The translations under genes and the position numbers were made by a program. Below the pieces are notes generated by a model. It did no database searches, was not told the DNA's origin, and worked only from the letters and a program-made list of their open reading frames with translations. A DNA stretch of 64,000 bases from Eledone cirrhosa (lineage: Eukaryota), in contig OZ024742.1 in NCBI GenBank assembly GCA_964016885.1, positions 39,122,001 to 39,186,000 on the forward strand, written 5' to 3'. This document shows, one piece after another, positions 15,855 to 29,539 of this stretch; position 1 is the stretch's first letter; each line of letters starts with the position of its first letter.

Positions 15855-16263
15855 GAGAGATGACCCCTTAGCCTTTGTCAAGGCAGAATTCTAGGAGAAG
15901 GAACACTCTGATATAACACCTGCAACCCTGATGGTATCCAATGATGTTGAATTGTTCTTCTTTTTGGTAAATATCATCTTTGTTAAGAGAGTGGGACTGG
16001 CTTTGTGTAGTGCCTTTGCTCACTATAAAAGCTTCACGGCTCAGGCATTGCTTTATATCTGAAGATCTCTCTGCACTTGTCGTCACATGGTGCCATGGGC
16101 CCAGCACTATGTGTCAATAATTGTCACAAGTGTAGTGTTTGTACCAGAGTTTTCAAGTCGCTGGCTGGACTAAAAAGTCACACTCGTTCAGCGCATCGGT
16201 AGGAGTTCTCCTACATGGATATAAAGTAGTGGCCGTACTCGAAAATGAGTTGGCAGCCACCAT
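15855..16263 (+). mobile_element. Non-autonomous RTE-related element (family N1)
   Basis: Head CCCTTAGCCTTTGTCAAGGCAGAATTCTAGGAGAAGG resembles the RTE 5' UTR at 808-1020; ends GGCAGCCACCATG + microsatellite. Confidence 0.85.
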
Positions 16264-16496
16264 GTATATATATACTTGGTCGTTTATATATATATATATA
16301 CTTGGACGTATATATATATACACTTGGTCGTTTTTATGGCTATGCGGATGACGGTTTAACCATCGTCTCAGTGTGTTTGGTCTTAAACGTATGTTGTAGC
16401 TCTGGTTCGTCAGAATTATTGAGCGCTTGCCACACATCTCGTAAGTTGTTTTTCGTTAATTCCAAAGCCGAAATACGATTCTCGCTAATTTATATT

Positions 16497-16567
<71 letters not shown>

Positions 16568-16644
16568 GTGTGTAGATTGTTTCTGAGAATAGACGGCAGA
16601 ATGAATCTGCTTATTCGTGTCTTATAATATTGATTCTACTTAAT

Positions 16645-16687
<43 letters not shown>

Positions 16688-17081
16688 GAGATTTGAAAAC
16701 GTAATGATCCCATTTTAGTCCCCTCCTTTCCTTATACACACCGTCATCACCATACGGATATGCGTATGTATGTATGTTTGTGCTTGAGTGAGTATTTATA
16801 TGCACATACTATTGAATGTGTGATTCGCGTGTTTGCATGTTTCATGTACATTTAGAAGTTCGTTGGTGTGTATGTGTGTGTGTGACTGTGCGAGTGCATG
16901 TATGTGTGTGTGACTATGCGATTGTATGTATGTGTGTGTTTGTACGAGGCTCTTTATTCCACATCACATATTTTATACATCTCTCAAATCACTTGAATAT
17001 TCATCTATCATTTTTTATCTATTCATCTACTTTTTCATTTATCCATACATTCAACTCTCTACTTATTTTAACGTTTTAAAG

Positions 17082-17395
17082 CAGTAGCATGTAACGGGGG
17101 CCCGCGGGCCACAATCCGGCCCGCCAGACCAGTCAGAGTGGCCCGCGATGACTGCTTTTAGTTTTTACCTTGTAGACTTATTTAGAATTTTTTTCGTAAC
17201 CGTAATACAATTTTCTGTTAGTTGACCTATACTAAAGGGCTTCGTTGATAGGGTTATGTGTGTTATAATTTCCCAGTTCCATGTTATGGAAAGAAGTTGT
17301 TGTGAATCTTTGGAATAGTGCTTAATAAATATTAATGGCCCTAATAGTTCAATGTTCAAAAGTGGCCCGCCAATGGAATATGTTACACACCCCCG
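17082..17395. mobile_element. hAT-type MITE
   Basis: Degenerate TIRs (CAGTAGCATGTAAC / GTTACACACCCCCG), subterminal GGCCCGC repeats, 8-bp TSD TTTTAAAG/TGTTAAAG (7 of 8). Confidence 0.75.
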
Positions 17396-17912
17396 TGTTA
17401 AAGTCTTCTCGACTTTACCTTCAAAATCATAATGGTCGTACTTGTGGCGTATTGATTACGTGTTTAGCAATGGTCGTAAAGTATCATGGGAATTATAGGA
17501 GATCAAGGACGCCTGACTTAGAATTTCTCAAAGGTTGAAGTATGGCAGTCATATTTGATTTCGTCTACGTTGTATCTCTGTGTTAAATTTTCAGCTATGT
17601 TCTGATATTTGTTAATCCTCCATAGTTGTTCGCCCTTGTTTTGTGTTATCAACTAATGTAGTCATACCTATTTTTGTTCCAATGGTTCCTTACTCTAAGT
17701 ACATGGTTAACCGGCGGGAAAGTGTAGCCTAGCATGTAATTTACTCTGAGGCCGTGTGCTGAAACAGTACGGAAGAGGTTGCAGTGGAATTGCAGTGGAC
17801 CAGAGGGCAAAAATGTTGACACTAAAAGATAAATGTAAAGTGAAATTAATCGTTTTGGTGTATTTTTAAATAACGAAACTGACTCTTTGCACGCAGTAAT
17901 TCCTCCCTTCCT

Positions 17913-17973
<61 letters not shown>

Positions 17974-18117
17974 TCAAAACAATCAAAACTATGTTCAATT
18001 CATTTTATTGCTGACAATCGTTTCTTACAAATAGCCGTTTGAAGTCATCGGAGGATTGGCAAAGTTTAAATATATAATTAACCTCCTATTCTACAGAACA
18101 ATCATAAAGATAAGTTG

Positions 18118-18190
<73 letters not shown>

Positions 18191-18259
18191 TTATATATAT
18201 TTATATATAACATCTCTATCTGACGACCGATCCAGACGTATATATATATATATATATAA

Positions 18260-18292
<33 letters not shown>

Positions 18293-18337
18293 TATATATA
18301 TATACATATATATATATACACACGCACACACACACAT

Positions 18338-18370
<33 letters not shown>

Positions 18371-18624
18371 CATTCTTTCATCACTCGTACGAGATTAGAA
18401 ATACTAGTGACGCCATTTAACATGCTGGTCTTAACTACAATAGTTAAGTGGTATTTTTGTTATGTTTTCACCCAACCAATTAGTCAGCTGTCTGTAAACG
18501 AGTCACTCAGTCAGTCATTATTGCTTCTCTTTTCTCTCTCTCTCACACTTTTAATTACCTTTTTAACAACGTACGAAACAACATTACCAAACAACATTCA
18601 TTGTAAACAAGAAACATTAATAAC

Positions 18625-18812
18625 GGTTTCTACTTTTTTGGCACAAGGCCAGCAATTTTTCCAGTGTATTACTGGTACTTTATTTTATCGACCCCGTAAA
18701 GATGAAAGGCAAAGTTAACCTCCGCGGGATTTGAACTCAGACCATAAAGGGCCGTAACTCTTTGCTGCAAAGCATGGCGTCAGACCCTCTACCGATACTG
18801 CCAATCCACCGC
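18625..18812 (-). mobile_element. tRNA-derived SINE (family A)
   Basis: A box TGGCAGTATCGG and B box GTTCAAATCC on the minus strand. Confidence 0.9.
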
Positions 18813-18827
18813 ACTATGTTATTAATG

Positions 18828-19062
18828 TTGGTGGATTGGCAGTATCGGTAGAGGGTCGGACGCCATGCTTTACAGCAAAGAGTTACGGCCCTTTATGATC
18901 TGAGTTCAAATCCCGAGGAGGTTAACTTTGCTTTTCATCCTTACGGGGTCGATAATATAAAGTACCAGTCACGCACTGAGGTCTATTTAATCGACTTTTC
19001 CCCTCCCCCACAAAAAAAAAAAAAAAAAAAAATTGCTGGCCTTGTGCCTATATTAGAAACCA
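18828..19062 (+). mobile_element. tRNA-derived SINE (family A), full length
   Basis: A box TGGCAGTATCGG, B box GAGTTCAAATCC; central TTTCATCCTTACGGGGTCGATAA..AGTACCAG resembles the Meta-SINE domain as I recall it. Confidence 0.9.
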
Positions 19063-19084
19063 TTAATGTCACTAGTACCAACAT

Positions 19085-19244
19085 TGGTTTCTAATTTAGG
19101 CACAAGGCCTGCAATTTAAGGAAGTGCGAGAGAGATATAAAGAATCGACCCGTGTATTTGACTGGTATTTAATTCTATCGACCTCGGAAAGATGAAAGGC
19201 AAAGTTGATCTCGGCGGGATTTGAACTCAGGGTGTAAAGTGCCA

Positions 19245-19299
<55 letters not shown>

Positions 19300-19306
19300 A
19301 CTGTTG

Positions 19307-19341
<35 letters not shown>

Positions 19342-19357
19342 GCTGCTGCTGCTGTTG

Positions 19358-19390
<33 letters not shown>

Positions 19391-19625
19391 TTACTACTAC
19401 TACTGATATTGGTTTCTGATTTAAGCACGAGGCCAACAATTTTCGGGAGGGGGGGGGGGAGTCAGTTAAATCGACACCAGTGATTTACTTTATTTATCGA
19501 CCCCTTAAGGTTTAAAGGCAATATTGACCTCAGTGAGACTTGAAGTCAGAGCGTAAAGGGTTATACCTAATGGCCACAAAACATTTTGTCCGATGCTCTA
19601 ACGATTCTGCAAATACCACCAATAT
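19085..19625 (-). mobile_element. Two diverged family-A SINEs separated by (TAC)n/(TGC)n triplet repeats
   Basis: SINE bodies at about 19085-19243 and 19405-19625; triplet repeat at 19246-19403. Confidence 0.8.
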
Positions 19626-20017
19626 TGACTACTTTTTTTTGCACTTTCTGTCAATACCATCGTTATGTTCCACCTGACTCTTTTACACACACACACACTC
19701 GCACACACACACACGCACACGCACACACACACGCTTGCACGTACATACCTGCCCACCCACGCACACACACGCTCGCACGCACGCACACTCCCCACACACT
19801 TTCACGTACATCCCCACACTCCCCCACACACACGCACCCACCCACATGCTCGCATGTACACACAGACACACACACACGCTCGCACGTACACACCCACATA
19901 ATGTGATGCATGGATGTACCATGTTATCGAGAGTCCTCACAGTTTTATTGATGCACGCCTCACGTAACTTCGCATTTAGCAGCAGTAACAGTAATACTAG
20001 CTGTCGAAGTGACAGCA

Positions 20018-20842
20018 ATGTATGTATGTATGTATGTATGTATGTATGTATGTATGTGTGAATGTATGTATGTATGTATGTATGTATGTATGTATGTATG
20101 TATGTATGTATGTATGTATGTGTGAATGTATGTATGTGTATGTATGTATGTATGTATGTATGTATGTATGTATGTATGTATGTGTATGTATGTATGTATG
20201 TATGTATGTATGTATGTATGTATGTGTGTATGTATGTGTGAATGTATGTATGTGTATGTATGTATGTATGTATGTATGTGTATGTATGTATGTGTATGTA
20301 TGTATGTATGTATGTATGTATGTATGTATGTGTGAATGTATGTATGTGTATGTATGTATGTATGTATGTATGTATGTATGTATGTATGTATGTATGTATG
20401 TATGTGTGTGTATGTATGTATGTATGTATGTATGTATGTATGTATGTATGTATGTGTATGTATGTATGTGTATGTATGTGTGAATGTATGTTTGTATGTA
20501 TGTATGTATGTATGTATGTATGTGTGAATGTATGTATGTGTATGTATGTATGTATGTATGTATGTATGTATGTATGTGTATGTATGTATGTATGTATGTA
20601 TGTGTATGTATGTATGTGTATGTATGTGTGAATGTATGTATGTATGTATGTGTATGTATGTGTGAATGTATGTATGTATGTATGTGTATGTATGTGTGAA
20701 TGTATGTATATAGATAGACAGGTACACATGTACATGTGTGTATATATACATACACACACACATACACATACGCGTACACACACATACACACACACACTCA
20801 CACTCACATTATATGTATATAAATATAGAAATATATATATAA

Positions 20843-20904
<62 letters not shown>

Positions 20905-21017
20905 AAGTTAGTTCCACACACACACATATATATTTGTATATAAAAGTTAGTTCCATACATACACACACAAATGTATTTATATATATATATATAACAGTTA
21001 GTTACACACACACACAC

Positions 21018-21084
<67 letters not shown>

Positions 21085-21178
21085 TTAGTTCCACACATAC
21101 ACACACACATGTATATATATATATATAAAGGTTAGTTCCACACATACGCACACACACACACACACACATATATATATA
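20018..21178. repeat. (TATG)n tract followed by (TA)n/(CA)n with a recurring GTTAGTTCCACA motif
   Basis: Direct reading; motif repeated about 5 times at 20905-21145. Confidence 0.9.
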
Positions 21179-21561
21179 ACAGTATAAACTGTATATAAGA
21201 GTGAACAAGAATAGAAAGCAGGTTAGTTATAATATAATATATCTGAAGTATAAAATTTAAGAAGTCTGCGAAAACGTAACATATGGTGAAAAAAAGGGAT
21301 CAGGCATTTCTATCGAGGCGCGTCAAGCGTTGCGATAAATTTGGTTAAGTTTTGTTGGTTCATGGGCTGAGCATATGGTAGTCATTTAGTTAAAACCTTT
21401 GAAAACCTAGAACACTATATACACCGGGAAAGTTCTTCGTCTTAGATTTGCCCTTTAAACAGATTTTATTTCTCTTTTGCGTTCTGACAGATTTCAGCCT
21501 TGCTTTATATATTTGTCTTTGTTTGGTTGTGTGTATATTCTTAGATATATTTATATTTTTT

Positions 21562-21888
21562 GTGGTCGAACCATGGCCGAATTATTAACGAATTCGCTTT
21601 AAAACCATTAGATCCCGAGTTCGATACCACTACATGGCATCTTGGGCAAGTGTTAAACCATGCCTTTTGGAAATTGGGCAGAAGGAAGCTGTTTGGAAGC
21701 CCGTCGGATATTCTGTAACCATAATTCAAGGGAAAAACCTTGCCCCACACACTGTTGTATCATGCTGAGTCACCATGAGAAAGATCCATGTGTCTACGGA
21801 AGGCTCAGTCGCTTACACGTTGATTTCACGAGCAGACTGTTCAGATGAACGCATTAACTGGAACGCTAGTCGGTGCACCGGGCGGAGG

Positions 21889-21890
<2 letters not shown>
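21562..21890 (+). mobile_element. tRNA-derived SINE (family B, CORE-like)
   Basis: B box GAGTTCGATACC, then CTTGGGCAAGTG; 3' half shared with 56940-57268 and 60600-60915. Confidence 0.7.
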
Positions 21891-21930
<40 letters not shown>

Positions 21931-23114
21931 ATACACACACATACAGAGAATGACACACACACACACAATTAGTTAAAACTGCATACAGATTGGTATAGTT
22001 CTTTGCCTTATCTCTGGTCTTTAAACAGATTTTTTTCACATTCGTTCTTTCAGATTTAAGCCTTTCTGTGTAAGTTTGCCTTCTTTCTATATTTTTCTAA
22101 AAATAATATTTGCCTGTAATAGATGCGACATGTACAAGCAGGCTGGAAGATGAAGGGTGCTTTGTTTGAAGCAATTCCCGAGGGGTTCCAGGTTTGAACC
22201 TAGATCAGGAAATTACATAGGAATCTTAAATTCAAAAAAGTAATAGTAAAATTAAAACAGATAAAATGTTTACGAATAAATGAATAGTTCTAAATAGTGT
22301 AAATATTTTATGAACAACGGAATAAATTTTATTGGTGCAATTTTAGTGATAAACTGGAACCTTTAATATCGAGTAGAACATTCTGCATAATGACAATATA
22401 TAACTATTGTACGCTTAATAAAATATCCCATTTCAACATATATAAAATTATATGTACTTCATATGTTAATTTTTACCAGAACACGCTCCACTAATATATA
22501 TTTTATTTTCATTGATTATTCAACTACTATCAATGAAGTTTTATGTTGCAATCATCGATGATCAGTGTTACTTTCACTGATTTATGTGTTGTCTTCGTTG
22601 ACTTAGATTTTAAACTGATATGTCGTTGTTTTCACTAACATAAGTGGTCTTCAATAACTTGATTTTATGAATTTATATATATCTATATATATATTTATAT
22701 ATATTTGCACCAGCATTTACATTTCTGTAAAGGTGTGTGGCTTAGTCTTTAGATGTATTGTTTAGAGCAAGACACATTGTTTCAGATTGCTTTAGTTCAC
22801 TTGAAAAAAAGATTAAGTATAAATAAATATATATATATATATACCAACTCATAATATTTTAATATTATAAAATTAAATCAAAAAATGTTTAACACTACAA
22901 GTGAAGTAATTCTTTTCCTCTTTTTCAAATATACCTAACTGTACCAAGGATCAAATCACAAACTGGCGCCACACACAATTGTTCCCGAATGAGAGACACA
23001 TAGGAATATATACTTTTATTACTATTCTCCCCTACGGTAGAGAAATCTTTGGTTATTTGAACGGCTGCTATTTTTAGTAGCAGTACATTGACCTGTCCAC
23101 CTAGCCTTTGCTTT

Positions 23115-25283
<2,169 letters not shown>

Positions 25284-25379
25284 CAGTTCCTGACCAAAGT
25301 GCAACCCTGGTTAAGGAAATTTTGTGGAACACCAGCAGTCACCTATGCATGCCAATCTCCACTACCCATGATACCGTTG

Positions 25380-25552
25380 TTGCCCAATGTAGTTTAGTAC
25401 CTGCGTCGTCACAAATCATTTTCCAGGAAGGTAGACTGGAGCAGAAATAAAGCGTTTTGTTCAAGTACACAACGCGCCACTCGGTTTGAGAATCGCACTA
25501 ACAAACTTACGCGCTCATGAGTCCTTCACCCTGATCCCTAAGCCATGCGCCC
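25380..25552 (-). mobile_element. tRNA-derived SINE (family B) fragment
   Basis: Reverse complement begins GGCGCATGGCTTAG and continues to TTGTGTACTTGAACAAAAC, as in the other family-B copies. Confidence 0.6.
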
Positions 25553-26183
25553 TTTAACACTAATTTACCTAGAATACGTCATTTGTTTGTTTTTAACGGA
25601 ATACAGAAGTTCTGTGTTATAATGAAGGATTAACTGAAAGTAATCGTATACATATCTTTCCCCAAGGGCATTGTTAAAAGAAAATTGCTTCATCCGGAGA
25701 TTGAAACCTTTGCCATAGACTCGGCTTCCCAGGAGTTTGCTTTTTCTCTGTGATGTTAGCCGTATCCCACAGAAACTAATATCGTATCACTTCTGTTATA
25801 AATTGAATTAGCCTAACTCGTGTTAATTCGATTATAAACTTTAATATGTAATGGAAAATAGCGAATTTATTTGAAAAAGATACATAAGAGAAAAATTATT
25901 TAAAATAATTTATATGCTAATACGTAACTAATACCACTGCATAAGTTGCACAACATTGAACTAAATTTAAATTTCAGTGGAATTGAATTCCATAGTAGGG
26001 CCTTATTTAATCATAATAGCATGCATTTTCGAACAGAGTACTATACATCATTTGCTAAGAAAACCTGCAAAACGATAGATATAGACCTGTTGATCAACGG
26101 TGAAAACTTATAAGAATAATGAAACAAATGTTTGTCTATGGATACAGAAATTGAATATATATATATATATATATACATACACA

Positions 26184-26253
<70 letters not shown>

Positions 26254-26271
26254 TGTGTATATATATATATA

Positions 26272-26903
26272 TTCATTCTATTCCATTTATCGTTTTCGGT
26301 ACGCCTGGCCGACTGAACTCACTCGATATGCAAATTAGGCAACTCAGCCGTTAATTTTCATAAGGAAAGTATATACTTTCGGACGTTCAACCATCTGGCA
26401 GAAAGGTATACGGTGCTGACGATAGCTAATAAGCTTGAAACTAGTACATCGTTCCTGTGTCAGTGTTGAACAAAAAGGGGACGTGGTTGCCTAAACACTG
26501 TACGGCGTAATTCAGGCTGTTTGTTTGTTTACAAACGAATAAAACGAGCATTATAATAAATGTTCGGTAAACTGATACGTGCATATATATATGTGTGCCT
26601 GTATGTATATATATACATGCTACTGTACGTCTGTATACATGTATGTATGTACGTATACATACATACTTACATTTAAGCAAGTGCCGTACTAAGAGTGAGA
26701 AATGAAATTTCGTTTCATTCTATTCCATTTATCGTTTTCGGTACGCCTGGCCGACTGAACTCACTCGATATGCAAATTAGGCTACTCAGCCGTTAATTTT
26801 CATAAGGAAAGTATATACTTTCGGACGTTCAACCATCTGGCAGAAAGGTATACGGTGCTGACGATAGCTAATAAGCTATATATTGAGGGATAAATATAGT
26901 TGA

Positions 26904-26978
<75 letters not shown>

Positions 26979-27147
26979 ATATATATATATATATATATTT
27001 ATGTATATATATATATATACATATATATATATGTTTCAACTATATTTATCCCCTCAATATATAGCTTATTAGCTATCGTCAGCACCGTATACCTTTCTGC
27101 CAGATGGTTGAACGTCCGAAAGTATATACTTTCCTTATGAAAATTAA
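26272..27147 (+). mobile_element. Non-coding Penelope/retrozyme-like element: 442-bp direct repeat plus inverted partial copy
   Basis: 26272-26435 recurs at 26714-26877; 26793-26908 is inverted at 27031-27147; contains a hammerhead motif. Confidence 0.75.
26411..26451 (+). ncRNA. Minimal type I hammerhead ribozyme (family H1)
   Basis: CGGTG-CTGACGA-T-AGCT(AATA)AGCT-T-GAAA-CTAG-TA-CATCG; stem I CGGTG/CATCG; palindromic stem III ACTAGT. Confidence 0.75.
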
Positions 27148-27217
27148 TATATATATATACATATATATATATATCAATGATATTAATAAATGGAAACTAT
27201 ATTTATAAAACCATATT

Positions 27218-27278
27218 TATTCTATTATATATATTTCAAGCGTACCAAAACTTTGGTACGCCCTCATCAGATAACATA
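27218..27278 (-). ncRNA. Minimal type I hammerhead ribozyme (family H2)
   Basis: TATGTTAT-CTGATGA-GGGCGTACCAAAGTTTTGGTACGCTT-GAAA-TATATA-TA-ATAGAATA; long stem II, palindromic stem III. Confidence 0.8.
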
Positions 27279-27361
27279 CAAAGTTTGTTTTATAAATATT
27301 GACATATCCAGGAATGAGACCTTAACGGTTCAAGTTTATAAAATTTATAAAACAAACTTTG

Positions 27362-27422
27362 TATTTTATCTGATGTTGGCGTACCAAAGTTTTGGTACCC
27401 TTGAACTATATATAATAGAATA
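27362..27422 (+). ncRNA. Mutated hammerhead copy (family H2), right arm of the inverted repeat 27171-27469
   Basis: TATTTTAT-CTGATGT...GAAC-TATATA-TA-ATAGAATA; full 8-bp stem I but two core substitutions. Confidence 0.65.
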
Positions 27423-27557
27423 AATATGGCTTTATAAATATAGTTTCCATTTATTAATATCATTGATATTATATTCCAGAAAACCAGTCGAGTGCTTCGA
27501 ATCTGTTATAAATATATATATATTTGTTGAATTACCAACAAATTAAATATCCCTTTG

Positions 27558-27636
<79 letters not shown>

Positions 27637-27697
27637 ATGAAATCAAAAATGCAACTGGAGTCTTATTTAATAAAATATATATATATTTATTTGGTTC

Positions 27698-27733
27698 CTT
27701 TACCGGTTTCGCAGTTCTTCTGCTTTTCAAAAG
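27698..27733 (-). ncRNA. Degenerate hammerhead motif inside the inverted repeat 27633-27828
   Basis: CTT-TTGAAAA-GCAG(AAGAA)CTGC-GAAA-CCGG-TA-AAG; all stems present, CTGANGA box decayed. Confidence 0.5.
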
Positions 27734-27893
27734 TAGAGTTGAGATGGAGGGTCTGTGGTTTTTCTCACAAATAAATATATATATTTAAAAAAAAATAAGA
27801 CTCCAGTTGCATTTTCGATTTCATCTTTTTTTCTTTATACTTTCACTCGTGTAGGACACCTCAGTTATTTTTCATTTTGTAAAAAAACCTCAC

Positions 27894-27951
<58 letters not shown>

Positions 27952-27986
27952 GTGAGGTTTTTTTACAAAATGAAAAATAACCGAGG

Positions 27987-28033
<47 letters not shown>

Positions 28034-28264
28034 ATTTAAACTATTTAAACTTGATTGTCTAAACATAATCTTTTACTGGGTGATACAGCGGCAACACTTT
28101 CGCCATCTTGTCAATGAGACGCAGCTGTAATATACAATTCAGTCAAGGGCGTAGGGCTTGCCTCCTCTCTTATATTTTCTCTATTTCCCCTCTTCCTGTT
28201 TATTATTTTAGTGCCCTTTAAAAATACCCCCAAAACTTTCATCATTGTATACGTCTGTACGCTA

Positions 28265-28344
<80 letters not shown>

Positions 28345-28486
28345 GTATATATATATAAATATAAGTATGTATACGTACATACATATATGTATACAGACGT
28401 ACAGTAGTATGTATATACATACATACATGCACACATATATATATATATGTACGTATGGGTTTACCGAACCTTTATTATAAGGTATA

Positions 28487-28527
28487 CGGTGCTGATGACA
28501 GCTAATAAGCTAGAAACTAGTTCATCG
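28487..28527 (+). ncRNA. Minimal hammerhead ribozyme (family H1, diverged copy)
   Basis: CGGTG-CTGATGA-CAGCTAATAAGCTA-GAAA-CTAG-TT-CATCG within a copy (28480-28795) of the 442-bp unit. Confidence 0.72.
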
Positions 28528-28796
28528 TTCCTTTGTCAGTGTTGAACAAAAGGACAACGATGGTTGTTGAACACTCTACGGCTTAATTCGGGCTGTTTGT
28601 TTACAAACAAACCGAACATTATAATACATGTTCGGTAAACCCATACGTACATATATATATATATAAATATATGTGCGCATGTATGTATGCATATACATAC
28701 TACTGTATGTCTGTATACATATATGTATGTACGTATACATACTTATATTTAAGTATCAGCCGTACTAAGACTGAGAAATTAAATTTCATTTTTTCC

Positions 28797-28865
<69 letters not shown>

Positions 28866-29539
28866 TAAACGGAATAGAAAATGCTGACAAATTGTTCACA
28901 GTTGAAAAATGGTTTAATTAGGAATAAAAGAGTATTAGTGATTGTATGGGTTAGTATTCAGTTGTGGTTTTAAGTTTTATATATATATGTACATATATAT
29001 ATACATACACACACGCTCACAGATATATATATACATATATATCTTTCATTTAAATATTTAAAAAATAATGAAATAAAGATACAAATACTTGTTACTTTGA
29101 TGTAATACTCTCTCTTGTACAAAGAAGAAAACGAAAGGAGAATTTAATAGCAAAGAACAAGGCAACCAGAGACCAGCATATATTGAACTAAATGATTTAC
29201 AATATCTAGTTGAAGCAACGATGGCTGTGGATCGGAGTTCGGTATCTACAACGGATAAAAATACAAATTGCTCTGTGGTATTTCAATAAGCCATTTTTAC
29301 ACTCTTAATTCAAATCACGGGTGGGAAGGGGTGAGGTGGGGTGGGTCGACTTTAGCTTTCATATTTAATCCTTCTAGAGTCGGGAGAATAAAGTAACTGC
29401 CAAGTACTGAATAAATATGTGTATGAGGTGATATCCATATGTCTAACAAATATATATATTTAATTTCACAGCACTAAGAAATTAGATCACGTGGTTAATA
29501 CGCAGAGCTTTCGGCAAATTGGAATGACGATGTAACAAA

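Noticed and set aside
16335-16402. Possible hammerhead (CGGATGA...TAAACGTATGTT-GTAGC)
   Set aside because: Both core boxes are mutated and the stem I register does not fit
18011-18053. Minus-strand hammerhead-like motif CCGATGA...GAAACGATTGTC
   Set aside because: Core substitution, only 2-bp stem I and imperfect stem II; at best a decayed remnant
22122-22196. Candidate small host exons (also 25650-25795, 29125-29290 and 62776-62833)
   Set aside because: Weak splice signals and no recognisable protein
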